A stretch of 64,000 bases of DNA from Psammoneis japonica (Eukaryota), in contig QPGO01000025.1 in assembly GCA_008632985.1 (NCBI GenBank), positions 372,001-436,000 of the forward strand, written 5' to 3'. Below the pieces are notes generated by a model. The model did no database searches and was not told the origin of the DNA. It saw nothing but the letters and a program-made list of their open reading frames with translations. Shown piece after piece: positions 49,395 through 62,415 of this stretch (its first letter is position 1; every line of letters starts with the position of its first letter). Position numbers and translations under genes: made by a program.

Positions 49395-51644
49395 ATGGGA
49401 ATCCACGGACTTCTACCACTAGTGCCTTTACCCCCGAACAGGCCAAAGACGTTTCGTCAGCTGAATTTTGGGAAAAACCGTGTTTCATTTGATGCAGCAG
49501 GCCTTCTCCGAAGCTGCATGATGTCTTGCACCTCAACCGACAAGGAGAATGTTGATTGCTCCATCCCACTCTGACATTTTGCTCGTAAGATTTATCACTT
49601 CCGATGCATGTGTCAGTGGAACATGTTTGTGGTCTTTGATGGTCAAGACTTGGCCGACAAACGCCATGAACATGAGCGTCGCGATGCCCTCCGCCGAGAA
49701 GCTGCTGAACATGGCAAACAAGCAAGCAGTCGAACGGCTCCATTGTTCATGGCGATGACAAAGAAGGTGTGCAATGACCTTGGCATCGATTCCATTGTTG
49801 CATGTGGAGAGGCAGATCACCAATGCCACCTGACTGGGTTCAACAATGATGACGGCAGCCATCCATGTGCTGCAATCACGGGCGACAGCGATCTCCTTGC
49901 GCTTGGGCACCAGCGTGTCGTGGCAGTTGATGGCCATTCAAGAGAGGATTTTCGATGCTTTGATCTTGCATCAATTCCAGACAGTCCAGAGCTTGACTCA
50001 AACAATCCATCTGCCACAATTTGGAAATCTTTCAAGAAGTTCGGCCACGTTGTGTTCCAGATTTGTGGAGCTTGTTTCGGATGTGATCACACGCCGGACA
50101 AAAGTGGAACACACGGTGCTGGGAAGCAAACGGTGGCTGATACATTCCAGTCCACATTGAGTTGTCCAGGTGTGACAGTTGAATTGCTGGTTGCTGGCTT
50201 TGCTCTCCATCTTAGCTCAAAACTCAACAAAAATGTTCACGACGACTTGCATGCTGTGGAACGGTGTGAAACGTACATTCACAACGTTGTGACGTGTTAC
50301 GAAGAGTGTCGCTGTTGTGACATTAACAGCAATGTTGCACAGTCTGGCAAAACAATGGAGCGGTCAAATGAAAGGACAAGACAGCATTCTGGCTGATTGA
50401 TCAATCCACGAACGTGCGAGGAATTTTCCAACCAGGAGAAAGGAGCACTTGAGTCAATGAGCACGTCGCAGTTACTTCATCGTTCGAAAGAGGAGATTGA
50501 CAGCACAGCCAGCTTCTCACTGCCAAAGAACAAGGGAGTGGAGGATTGTGCTGTTGCTGAATTAAAAGACTGCTTGAGTGCTCATGGTGGAAATGCAGTG
50601 AATGACATGGGATCCGCCATGTCGCGTGACGAAATGAGGCAGTCGGCACGAGGCTTCCAAAACCTTTTCTCTTCCATTCCCCAGCTGTGTCATGCATGCA
50701 ATCGAGATGAGAAGACCAGTGGATCATTCAAAAAAATTGAGACAAAATGCGACAACAGCAAAGAATCCATTCTCCGAATCTCAAACAATCAATTGAGCGA
50801 CCCATTTGTTTTGGATCCACAGAGCTGCCACATTGAGAAGCACCTCCAGGACTGCCGCAACTTGTTTGCTGGAGGAAAGTTCAGTGATGACTTTGACAAC
50901 AATTGCACTGAAAGTCCTGAACTGCCCGAGTCTACAACACATCAATGCTTTGCTCACATTGGCAGAAACATCAATCAGAAAAGCATCGGGGGGACGTTGC
51001 AGCATGTGTGCGAGGAGAAACAGCTGCATCATCACGCCATCTGTTTCTCCGAGGACAGAGAGCTGCTGCATGTCCCAGCAAAACAACCGGCATCCATGAC
51101 AACTGATTCCACTGCCAAACGAAATGCAGATCCGGGCGAACGTGCTCATTGACGGTTGCACCTGACATCACTTGTGCTGTGAGTGGAGGAGACTTCGTTT
51201 GACAAGGACAAACACAACCTTGGTTGAATCACGGGCATTGTTGCATCACTCTGCATGGGCCCATGTGCTGCTGGGCTGGGCTGCTGCAGTCACAAAGCTA
51301 GGACCATGTGGTCCCAGCACTTTCATTGGGGCGAAGACCGCCTTGCAGAGAAGCCGTCAATGATTGACTTTTGTGCGTGGCTCCAACCATCTTCAAGCCG
51401 ACCGCAAACAAGAACAACAAGTCGCGTTTCACAGAAGCAGATTGCCAGAGCACCCAGGACCACAGAGGAAGGGGAGAAGGAGCTTTCAAAGAAGTGTGAT
51501 TCGGACACCTTTTGAAATGTTGGAAAGGGTGTCGGAGCTAACTTCGAAATCCATGGGACCACAGCAAAACGCAAGAAAATGCTTGATGAAGCTCGCTTTC
51601 GCAGTGATCGTGCCGCAATCAAAGATCTACTCAGAACACTGTGA
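49395..51644 (+). pseudogene. XPG/Exo1(FEN1-family)-like nuclease plus SAP-like and SWIM-like motifs; probable accessory ORF of a DNA transposon
   Basis: One frame with TGA stops: MGIHGLLPLV, VVFDG, GEADHQ, ITGDSDLLALG, GCDH (normally GCDY), VAELKDCLSAHG, CAAGLGCCSH. Confidence 0.78.
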
Positions 51645-52072
51645 GAGTCTTAGAGTGGTGACGTGTTGGCACTTGTCATTGCAGCAACAATGTTGGTGGC
51701 ATGCATTGCAACTGTGGCACTTTTACTTGGTGTTGCAATGAAAGTGTCGACATGCTTTGTAACGACAGCACTTTTGCTTGTTGTTGCAATGACAGCAAGG
51801 TCATTCTTTTTTGTAACGACAGCATCGACATTCGTTGTTGTGATTTATGGGTCACCGACTGCATGCTTCGTGTGACCTTCTCGCAGCTTGTTGTCCCATT
51901 TCTCTTGCAGCACCGTCTTGCCCATTTCGACAAGACTCTCATCTGGGTGCTCGTTTCTCAGAAAAGTGAATCTGTCAACCTCTTTCACGTCACCCCAAAG
52001 ATGAATGTGACCTCTGTGGTCCAACAGGCCTTCATCTGTTGCACCGCACCATCGGATCTCACCACGGCATGG

Positions 52073-53875
52073 TCACTTTCTCGACTGCACCTTGCCATTT
52101 TCGTCAACAAATGATGATGTCTGCCCATGAATCAATGCAGGATGAAAGTTCTGCATCAGGTGTGCCACTCGAAACATCAAAGGTGCAAGACCAAGCTGGA
52201 GGATCGGCACTGGTGAATCAAAACAATGCGTCGACATCTTTGCAGCTCCATTCACCATCTCGTTAAAGATTTGTAGATTCCCAACTTTTTGCGTGGCAGC
52301 CGTGTCCGCTTCTGATTGCTTCACCTGCAGCTTTGTCTTCTTCGGAGGTCGTTGGGTCCCTGCGCCCATCCGTGCTGCAAAATTGTCGATCGTGAATCCT
52401 TTGTCATCCAGAGTTGTGTGACCAAAGGGCACGTTGTCCAAAAGCTTGCTCATCTTTGTTGCGACAGGATCTGAAATTGATCCCGGGTGCCCATCTTCCG
52501 CGATGGATCCATCGTGGGAACAACCAATGGGATCTGTGCCTGCAAGCATTTTTGTTGTGTCATGACCTTTGTGGTCACTGTGCACACTCGAGTGAGCATC
52601 ACTCTTGGTTGTTGTCTGTGTCCAATGCTCTGTCGCATCGAGAAGCAAGAAGACAAGGGCATGTCCACAAGCCCACACAAATCGATCAGGGAAAGCCCAC
52701 AGCATTTGTGATCTGGTTGGAGTCGGAAACCACAGTGACAGAGAATGATTCAAGAAGACAGCCCAAGCGTGTGTTGTGTCACTGATGATGCCAGGAGAGA
52801 CGGCAAACAAAGGTTCCACAGCTTCGTGCGAGATTCCAAGTTTTGCATGCATGGAATGGATCAAGCATTTGGTCTTCCAATCAACAACTCTTGCTTCCGG
52901 TTTGGTGGGAAACTCCTGGTCACTAACATCCACTTCTCCGAGTCATTCTTTGGCAGACACCCTGCTGCATCGATGAAAGCCAACACACAGTCCATCGCCA
53001 CGGTCGCAACCACCTCCCTCTGTGTCATCATCCCAGTTCAGAACATGCAGGAAGGCCTCATTAGAACCACAGTTGGGAAAACACGTGTGCGTCCTCACTG
53101 CCTTTGAAAGTCCACCACCTGGCGCAAGGTCACTGCAAGACAAAGGACGATCCTTGTTTGTGGCATGAGCAGCCACCAACTCGTCTTCCAACTCGAGCAT
53201 TGTCTCTTTGGACTCAATGAGCTCCAATTTGCAGGACTCCAGTTGGCTCTGAAGTTGCTTTGCATTCTTCTCGGAGACATTCTTGTCGTGGTTTGCGAGT
53301 GCAAGGGTGCTGCAAAGATTTGCAATGACACCATCCTTCTTTTCTGACTCTTCTGTTTTCAACACAGCCATCTCAAACATTTTCTTCACAACAACTTGAG
53401 TTTTTGCAAAGGCCACATGTGCAAGAGGAGTTTTGGGATCACGCTCACTCAGTGGTTCGACCAAACGGTGTGCCGCAACCCACGACGGCAAGCCTGCGCC
53501 TCATGCTGATGCCGCCTGCTTGCTTTTCCACCGGTTGATTGGTCGTTCCCAAGCAGGATCAGAAAGCTCGCATGCAACAAAGTCCAAAGGCAGGCAGTTT
53601 GGTGGTGGAAAACCAGTCCACACAAAGTGGTCGCCATCACAGTGTTGCTTGTCGGGATCAATCTCGTTCATCATCCATTCTTTTGTCTTGGGATTGCACG
53701 TCCTTTCTTCCGGTCTAAAATGCCACGGAGCCAGCCACAGTCCCGCACGTGGCTCATTTTGAAGCTTGTCCTTTGCCACATCTGAGAGGTCTCCACCCAT
53801 GGCATTTGTCATCTTGGTCCGAATTTCCTTCTTTCGAGGTGTCCTTATGTTGGTTGCACAGCAGCCGATCTTCAA
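52073..53875 (-). pseudogene. DDE_Tnp_4 (Harbinger/ISL2EU-type) transposase with THAP-like N-terminus, coiled coil and HTH
   Basis: GCCATN...CDGDHF; LLDATE; SDHKGHDTTKMLAG; GSISD; DKGF; VGNLQIFNEMVNG. Fragmented across ORFs 53501-53875, 52943-53491 and 52073-52933. Confidence 0.82.
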
Positions 53876-55089
53876 GCAGCTGTCGTTGCAGCAACAGCAA
53901 CTCTTTTGCGACCAAGTGCTTCATCACGGAGACATTGAGACCCACAGAGACCCCACCCTCGACAATTGCTTTCTTGATCAGCTTTTGGGAACCACCCTTG
54001 ATGGTGGAGAATGCAAAAGTGACCGGAGCCAGGTCCTCTTGATCTGTTGCGGCGCACGGCAGGGCAGTCGCATCCAGAGATGGAGCACGTTTCCCCCTCA
54101 AGCAGCTCCACAATGTGCAAGGCCGCTGCAGAGACATCAAGGAACTCGGACACTTGCTCGACAGTGTGTAAATCACGAAAAAATGACATGGCAAGGTCAG
54201 GAGTGTGAGCCGGGGTGTCATCGTCATTGCGGCTGATTCTGATGTTTTGTGGCTTTGCGGTCTGAAGAGTTAGCGCTGTCACGATGGTCCGTCAATAGTC
54301 CGCCAAAAAAGGTCTATTGTCGTGATCGCAAGCGCCTCGCGCACACGCTCGCGCCGCGTTCTCATTCCTGTCACGAGTCGCGATTGCTTGGCGGGACTCG
54401 CCGGACTGGATCGAGTCCGCCGGACCGGATCGAGTCCGCCGAGTCCCGCCAAATCGTGACTAAAAATTAAAGCTCTGGTCGGTCCGCGCTGGTCCGTCGA
54501 TTTTTGCCGATCCATTTTATTCTCAAAGCATGCTCTCAAACTTTGCTGTAGCAACGCACTTGTCACTGCCAGACCATCAGCCGCGGCACTGCTGATTGCC
54601 ACCGGTGGCATCTTCTGTGGGCGAAATGACACGCGCTGTTTTCTTGCTCACAACAGCGCACACACGGCCGAGCTTCGGCTCTTGTGAAGTGAACAAAGCA
54701 TCCATGATTTCAGTGTTCGCGAGGTTGACCATTGCGATCAGAAGAAAAAGCTGCTTGCGCCAAAAGCAGTCTCGTCCAATCTACAAGAAGATGAAATGAT
54801 TTGCAAACATTGCCTTGCAAGTTGACTTTCAATTTCTGGGCAGAGAAGAAACAGCACAAAAGACTCAAAAAAGAGTGCGGGGGGGGGGGGGGCTGTTTTC
54901 TCAAGTAAAAAAAAAGGATTTTTTTTCTCTGCCACCATTGCTGTCCTCTTGACACTGAATGCTTGCAACCAAAGGCCTCAATGGCTGCAAAGTCAAGAGA
55001 AGCACACCAACAAGCTGGTGCTTTGGTGTGTTGCAGTCAAACACAGCAACAAAGCAACAGTGCTGGCTTGATTGGAAGGAGCACACCAC

Positions 55090-56030
55090 ACAAACAACTG
55101 ATTGAGTGCTTGTTCAAGTTGACAACAATGTGAAGCATGTCTGCATCCCATGACTTTGGCGCCAGCTTTGTGGCCTTTGGTCATCTTGATGTCCCATGCC
55201 CAGGCCACATCCCTGTGTGCATGACAATGGCGGTGCATTCATTGACCAGGGATTTCAAAAGTTGCTCAATCAAGTGGGTGTTGCAGATGCACTGACCACC
55301 TCAGCATGCGGCCCCATGGCAAATGAGATCTGCCAGCAGAGGCCAAACAGCGGCCAACACCCAGCTTGCTGTGCTCATTTCCAACGTGCCAGACAATGTC
55401 AAAGAGGCCAGTCAGACTGTGGACAATGCTTTGTCAGCCACAGTTTCCTGTGCTCTGGGTGGCTTTTTTTTCAAGGTCAGCAAGTGCTTCACATCCAACA
55501 CTTTGGTGCTCCAATGGGAGCATGGTTTTGGACCTCCTGCTTGCCAGCTGTGAAGGACCCAGCCATGGTTGATGATGCCAACCACCAAGTTGTTGATCTC
55601 AACAAGAAGCCTTGAAGACAGATTGCAAAGCAGCAGTTCTTCAGCTGTCAAGTTGAACAAGAAGATGCTTTGGCCAAGTTGGCCAGTCTGACCAAGCTGG
55701 GAAGCTGCGTGACTTGGGCACATTGGTCCATTTTTGTTTGGGTGGAACAAGCTCCTTGCCACGGTGCCATTTCAACGTTGTCAAGGGTGCCACACATTGC
55801 AGAGTGGATTGACAACCTTGGCAGCATGACCCCGCACCAAGGTTGAGGGTTTTCCCCCCATTGTGCGGGTTTCACTTGCTCCTCACTCAGCTTGAATTTA
55901 GTCAATTGACTTGATGGCAGCACATTCATGGCACAGGTTCTTGCACCCTGGGGAGAGTGAGAACAGAACAGCCACCAAGAACACTCAGCAACACAGCAGA
56001 TTTCAAAGAAGCCATTGGAGGGATGCAGAG
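55090..56030 (+). pseudogene. Old relic of a family-A-like Gypsy integrase and 3' UTR
   Basis: PRPHPCVHDNGGAFIDQGFQKLL...ANEIC and VDNALS; 3' motif agggttttccccccattgtgcgggtttc resembles 13202-13230. Confidence 0.75.
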
Positions 56031-58285
56031 TCATTGATCCTGTCCTTGGCTCTCCCACAATTTTTTGAAATGGATTGGCTTTTGATGTGGTCAAAGCAGC
56101 CCTCACTTGTTGACCAGCTTTTGTCAATCACCCACAACAGAAACACAAGTCACAAGCTTGCATTGCACAAATTTTGAGCTGTTTTTGCATGACTGAACCA
56201 TTTGTCATCTTTGTCATTTAGAGAACAATGAGACAACACTGGCCACTCAACTTGTTCTTCATGTGTTTCTGCTCTGTTTTCACATGTTCTAGAAAAGACA
56301 ACAATGGCAAAAAGTTGATGCTCATTGCTTGGAAGCTCTTCCCCAGTTGGTTGCCCCCTCATGCAAGACACAATTTGCTTTGAAGCAAACAAACAGATGA
56401 CCCCAGGCTTGTCAGCTGCATCTCTGTCAGCAGGAGGTGCACACAAAGACTCGCTGTCTTGACCACACTTGCTGGGGTGCTGTCACTTCCACACAGCCAA
56501 TGTAAAGCCTGCAATCTTGTTTCTGTTGCCATCCTTGTTGAGCTAAAAAAGAGTTTGTTGTTGGTGCTCAGCTTTGCACTGCCAACACAGGAAACAGCTC
56601 AAGCATGCACAGCCATGGACTGGAGCTCAGTGGTTCACACTGCACTGTCAGGAAGCACGCAACTCACCATTGCATCTGACAATGCAGCTGATTTGTCAGG
56701 GCCACATCATGAGACAGCAGCAGCATGAAGATGACAAGAAAGCCACCGTGTGGTTGCTCAGCACAAACAAGAGTCCAGATCATTTGAGGCAACAAGGTGA
56801 TCTGCAACACAAGAACCCACAAGCACAAAAAAAAATGGTGGCCACAAGCTGATGGATGAGACCTCTGGGCAACATGACAACCATGTCATGGCAGCAGGGC
56901 CCCATTTGTCCTGACATCATCATGGAGCCTTTGTTGCAATTGGAGATGCAACCAGCACCATGCATTGAGAAATGATGTTGCCTGTGCATTTGTTGCAACT
57001 TTGTGGGTGCTTCGCTGTTGGGCAATGGTGCGTTTGACAACAAGTGCCACATGAGACAATGTTGCCCCAAACAAGCAGTCAACAAAGTGCTGCAAGGCAT
57101 GCAAGAAACCAAGCCTGCCATGAGGAAGTGCACACACGCCAGTTGTCAGCAGATGCAAGGAGCACAATGAGCTGGAAGAAGGGGCACAGAATTTGATCCT
57201 GATTGTGCAACCATGTGCTCAACCTGGGCTTGGCAAATGCCAACATTTCCTGGTGTGCAAACAGGTCCAACTGCATGAGCCACTTTGACAATTGCAAGGG
57301 AGGATGTGTGGAACTCAAGTCAAAGAACATTTGCTCCTTCCCCATCACAGAAAATGGGGCTGCCAAAATGGCAGCTGCATTCCAGAAATCTGTGGCAACC
57401 CGAATCTCCTCCCCAAATTTCTTTTTTTCTCATGTGGCCATGCCACTCACTTGCACAGCACACATCCTGTGAAGCTGTCTTTGCATGACAACCCATGAGC
57501 ATCAAGATTGGAATCAGTGCTTTCTTGCTTCATGACACGATGTGAATCAGCTCATGAAGAAATGCACAATCAAGAACAAAACTTCTGCGTGGAGTCACAT
57601 GGCGATGCTCACAAGGGCCATGAACAAGCATGGTGGGACGTGAAACTTCACTTTCAACAATTGACATTGTGGGCAAGAAGGCAACAGTGTGAGGCTGCAA
57701 GGCATGGGCTTGAAAGCAAACATGACATGCCAAATGCTGGACAAAGGTTGGGAGCATCAACGCTGGTGTGTCGTGTTTCATGAGTCATGGAAGCATGAAT
57801 TGGAGCCCTGCGAGAGACATCCTCCATCATTGGAGACTCCTTGCATGACATCTTCTCTTCCAGAAGATCGAATATGACGCTTCCCAGGAAAGTTTATGAG
57901 GACTTGCAAGCTGTGCAAGCATGCGAAGAGTGTCCAGATGACAAATAAAGCAGAATTTGCTTGAGCATGTCGCGCACCGCCATTCTGGGGGCGATCACCG
58001 ACAATTCACCGAGGAGCAACATCAGACAAAATCTATGACGAAGCAAATGGCTTGGTTTATGCGAGACGTTTCGATGGAGTATTCTCTCGCAGTCGACTTC
58101 CATCCATGAAAGACGCAGTCGGAACGTATCAAACGAACTCAAGCTTCTTCTATTCTAAAGCTTGTAGCGATACACTGGTCTCTCGATGCCATTCTGACTA
58201 ACGAAAAGTACCATAGTGTGGTGTTCATGAGACCACTAAATAATTCAACTTTAGGTCACCGGTATGTACAAACAACAACACTGAG

Positions 58286-59912
58286 CTACTGAAATGAATC
58301 GGACCAATCTTGCTCCTCTTCGTCATTGTCCTGATGAAACAATCGGTCCAACCGAGCATCCACATCATCTTCCTCGTCCTCCTCTTCGTCCTCGTATTCG
58401 GTTTCAGTAGCCTCTCTCATAATAAATCGTGCCACCGAAACGGGTTCCAAACCCCAGCCGTCTAGCACGGAACCCTTGACCTGAATTCTGTCGTTTGTTC
58501 GAGTTGTTTCCGCATCGGGCGCATTGTCTGGTGCAACATTATCACTGTCCTCCTGTTCGTCATCAGCTTCGTAACTTATAATGCCCCAGTATGCCTTTTC
58601 ATCATTCTGCGTCAATCCCATTCCCTCACTTTTGAATAGAATACAGCAAATACGCAAATACCATTGAAAAAATGAGCGCCAAAGGTGATGCAAAACAGGT
58701 AGCGCCAGCAACATGCCGTCAATATTCACTCACCTGTACGTTGATCCCGACACGGAACGACCAAATCCAAATCTCCACACCTGCATCCACAGTTGATCCT
58801 TGTCCTTGCCAATCACATCCCACTTGCCTCTCAATACTGTAGAAGCGCCAAGGCCAGCAACCGTGGAAAAGGTATTGTTGGCGAAAAAGACAAGCTCGAG
58901 CACTCGAATGGGAACGGGTGCGTTCTCCTCGGCCTCTCGGTCTTTTTTGCTCTGCTGTTTTGGTGGATCCTCTTTGAAAAGAAACAACGAGCAACATTTA
59001 TGAATGGCCGGTAACTTTGACACGCACAAGCGACGGCGTAACGTTCTGCTTACCAACAAACTTGTTGTACTTGATGGACCATCGAGTGTTTCCCTTGGGT
59101 CGACGCTTCTCCAGTGGATGACTGGTGAGAAAAAACTTCTTGTCGAGGAAAAAGTCCTTGCTGAACTTCTCAATCACTTCTTCCTCTTGTTCGGGGTTTT
59201 GTGTATTGAGACTTCCCAGAACTTGTCGCAGCTCAAAGGACCCCGTCGGTTTGGGCTGAAAGATTGGCTGTTCAAAAAAGGAGGGATGATTCTTGGGATA
59301 CATGAATTTTCCCACTTCAACCGATCCCTCTGGAACTGACAGGTGCGTGTCCACATGCTCTTGAGTTTTTTCTTCATCATCCTTTTCACTTTCTTTTAGA
59401 TCCACGGGATGATCAACTAGACTTTCCTGATTAGTCGCCACTACCCTGCCAACAAGAATTGTATCCTTGACTTTGCGTTCCTTGGCATCCTCTGGGCGAT
59501 CCGCCGCTAGTATCAGTTGTCCATCCAGAAAATCCCACGTGCCTCGTAATTCTTCTTCCTCTAAAGTTCCCAATTTTTCCTTAATTTTATCAACTTCCTC
59601 TTGCACTTCCGTGCGGTCTCCGTATTGTCGAAAGGACCCATCCTCCTGAAGCATGAGCAGATAGTCCGTGTGTCTGGGCTTTTGTGGTTTGATTTGTTTT
59701 TTCGGATACACGGTAAACTCCTTCATGGGTGCTGCAACTTTTTGTGTCGTTTCCTTGACGGGCAACTCGAGCGCTTGATTTCCCGTGAGACGCCACAGCC
59801 CAGCCATGGCTCGTCGATTCAATTTTGGTGAATTCGCATAGGCTTGCGCCAGCGATGACAAGAGGGCACACGCAGTGACACTGAGCAGTATAATTCGTTC
59901 ATACCAAGTCAT
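58286..59912 (-). CDS. Hypothetical protein with N-terminal signal peptide, 3 exons
   Basis: Approx. exons 59912-59054, 58971-58734 and ~58628-58286, spliced in frame via GT-AG. MTWYERIILLSVTACALLSSLAQA signal and acidic C-tail. Confidence 0.8.
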
Positions 59913-60546
59913 GGTGTTTCTGTGAAACACAAAAGTGGGTTCGAGGTGAGTGAACGTTGCGTCATTGGAGGAGAAAACTCACAACATGCCGACAGAGAAC
60001 AAACAATAACGAGAAAAGCATCAATTTTTACACGAGTTTTCGCTTCTATGAAACGCAAGTCTTTCAACTCTCTCTTGAGTTTTTACCTTGCGACATTCGA
60101 CGAGTCTTTTGATTCAATAACAACCGACTTGTTGGTTTTCTCAATGCTACGGTCGCTGATTTTGTTGATGTCGGCAGTCAATCAGGAAGAAAGAATTTGT
60201 TCGCATCTGCCATCAGAACTTTTTTCAAAATGACCGTTAAAGTCGTACGTATCGGGCCAGTACAGAACTTCAATGTCGACGTCACGAGCGTTTTTCCGTC
60301 AGCCGCGCACTTGTCGCGCAGCAACAGCAAATCTCGCGCGCGCGCTCGTCAAGAGCAAGAGAGGGAGGAGTCGTCGTCGTCACACGACATTCCATGAGGC
60401 CATGAGCAAGAGCACTCCACTTTGTCTCGCTGTGCCGTTATTCGCTGTTCTTCTTATCGTTTCAATTTGAGCAAGATCTGTAGAGACTCTGTTCTCCCTC
60501 AACCAATCACAACCGGTCTTCTTATAACCCGAAAGGTCTACTTACA

Positions 60547-60843
60547 ATGAATCGCACGCTTGCAGCACGCAGACTCTTCTCTTCCACACAAACTCTTGCA
60601 TTCCCCATGAAACCCGGCACGCCCATCAAGGGCTTGGACTTGTATAACAATCAAAGCGCTCCCGTTGCTTTGAAACGAGAAGAATATCCCGAGTGGGTTA
60701 ACCGATTGGCGAAAAAGCGCATCACCTTGGCGGAATTGAGGCGCATGCCTGTGGAGGAAGCCACCGACAAGGAAAAAATGAGATACCTCAAACTCACCAG
60801 GAGGATACGAATCAAGGACAAGAACGCAGAATCGGCGGCATAA
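60547..60843 (+). CDS. MRPL54: Mitochondrial ribosomal protein mL54 (yeast L37 family)
   Basis: Mitochondrial presequence-like N-terminus; IKGLDLY...PVALKREEYPEWV...RYLKLTRRIRIKDKN. Confidence 0.82.
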   Translation: MNRTLAARRLFSSTQTLAFPMKPGTPIKGLDLYNNQSAPVALKREEYPEWVNRLAKKRITLAELRRMPVEEATDKEKMRYLKLTRRIRIKDKNAESAA

Positions 60844-61345
60844 TGACATGGTTTGCGCAAAATGAAAGTTGGTACGCTATGGTAGGATTCGGGATGCATA
60901 TATTTTTGCAAAGATGGACTTCCAATTCACGTCCGGTGTTATTTACGGTAGAGGCTGAGCTGATAGCTGGGTTTGCTTTTGTATTTTGCTCTTTGCTTTC
61001 GAAGATTACTAGTATTTCAAACTGTCAATAACGCAAAATTTTTATCCTGAGTTAGCTCTTACCGTATAGCAAACTGACTGGTAAATTACGTTCTTGCTTT
61101 TGCTCTTTCGAGCAAGCTGTGGCAGTTGCGAGCCAGCCCAGCTGCTGCCTTTAGTTGTTCGCAATCACAGAGCACAGTGAGCCCTAATCCAAGGTGGCCA
61201 TTTCATAGGGCCCTAGTCGTTTCACACATTGGTAGTCTGGTTTTTTCAAGTTCACTACAAACAATATTTTTACCGGGAGTTAAGATAGTTCACTATTTTG
61301 ACAATCGACGAATGCATACACACAGAGAGTAACCAGACAAAACAA

Positions 61346-62121
61346 TTACTCCTCCTCTTCTTCTCCCTTGACTTCGACAACGTCATCGCCTTCTTTCTTG
61401 GCCTTCTCCGCCGCCTCGACAGCTTCCTTCAAGAGACGTTCAGACTTGTTCAGGTCCTCCTCGGTCGGGGTCCAAGTTTTTCCTTCCGCAAGGAGACCCA
61501 ACTTCATGTGAAGGTCGGGAATACCGCTTCTTCCGGAATGTTGACCTTGTCCTCATACAAGACATGGCGATGGGTTAAATTCTTTCCACCGTAGAAACGA
61601 TCGTTCGCTTGCATGCGCCTTCCTAGGGTTCCCACCTCCACAGACAGAGCCGCGAAAACGCCCTTGCGAAACTTCACAGAGACCGTGCCCTTGTTAGGCG
61701 CTTCGATACCGACGTTTGCGTCTCTAGAGAGTTTATTCAACAGTGACACACTCGCTTGGCCTCCCATGCGCGTCTGGACCCTGTCGACAAAATCTTTCAT
61801 GGTTTCATCATCCATGATGAACATGAGAATCTGCGACGTTTCCATTCCGGCAATAACTCCGCCACCATAGCCAACTAATCCGACGGCCGAAGGCGCGCTC
61901 CATTTGTCATCCTCCTTTTTTGCCAAAAACACGCCGGATCCAGAGTGACCCGAAAAGATGAGGCCAGCTGTTTTCACCTTTAGAAGGACGATGCCTTTTG
62001 CTTTTTCAAAATATTCCGGAGGAATCCCACTTGCCTCTGGGCTTAACGCTGCTTCCAAGACCTGGTTGGCATTCCAAATCATGCCCTCGAGGGTGGTGCC
62101 CGGTGGTCCTTTGGTCGACAT
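61346..62121 (-). CDS. SYLF/Ysc84 domain protein (apparent 1-bp frameshift near 61528)
   Basis: IP...EKAKGIVLL...AGLIFSGHSGSGVFLAK...WSAPSA...ANDRFYG. The C-terminus GIPDLHMKLGLLAEGKTW continues in another frame to TAA at 61346. Confidence 0.85.
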
Positions 62122-62415
62122 GGTGCTGCTACCGTACTTATTCTGTCAAATCTTGGGAACAAGATCAGAAGCGTGTCAACAAGAACAGTTCGTCAGTGGC
62201 GAGTTCTGATCATTGAAATTATTAGAGACTATTTATAGCTAAATATTGGGATTTTGGAATTTTGAAGGTGGTACTGTACGTAGCGAAGATACTGAATTTT
62301 TACAGCGCGCGCAGTTCACACGCTCACAATACACTCACCCGGAGCGAGCCATTACAGACCTCCCACCTCCCAAGCCGGGAGTGGGAGCGAGCGGATAGAT
62401 AGATAGCGGGTAACC

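Larger units (their letters stand above)
49330..54480. mobile_element. Decayed two-ORF (convergent) ISL2EU/Harbinger-like DNA transposon; ends approximate
   Basis: Convergent nuclease and DDE_Tnp_4 ORFs sharing the same TpA-depleted decay. TIRs not identified. Confidence 0.6.

Noticed and set aside
51660..51870. Short imperfect ~50-bp repeats and a hydrophobic ORF between the convergent transposon ORFs
   Set aside because: Low-complexity spacer with no evidence of coding function.
54878..54893. Poly-G run as a G-quadruplex regulatory element
   Set aside because: Simple homopolymer in decayed repeat DNA with no supporting context.
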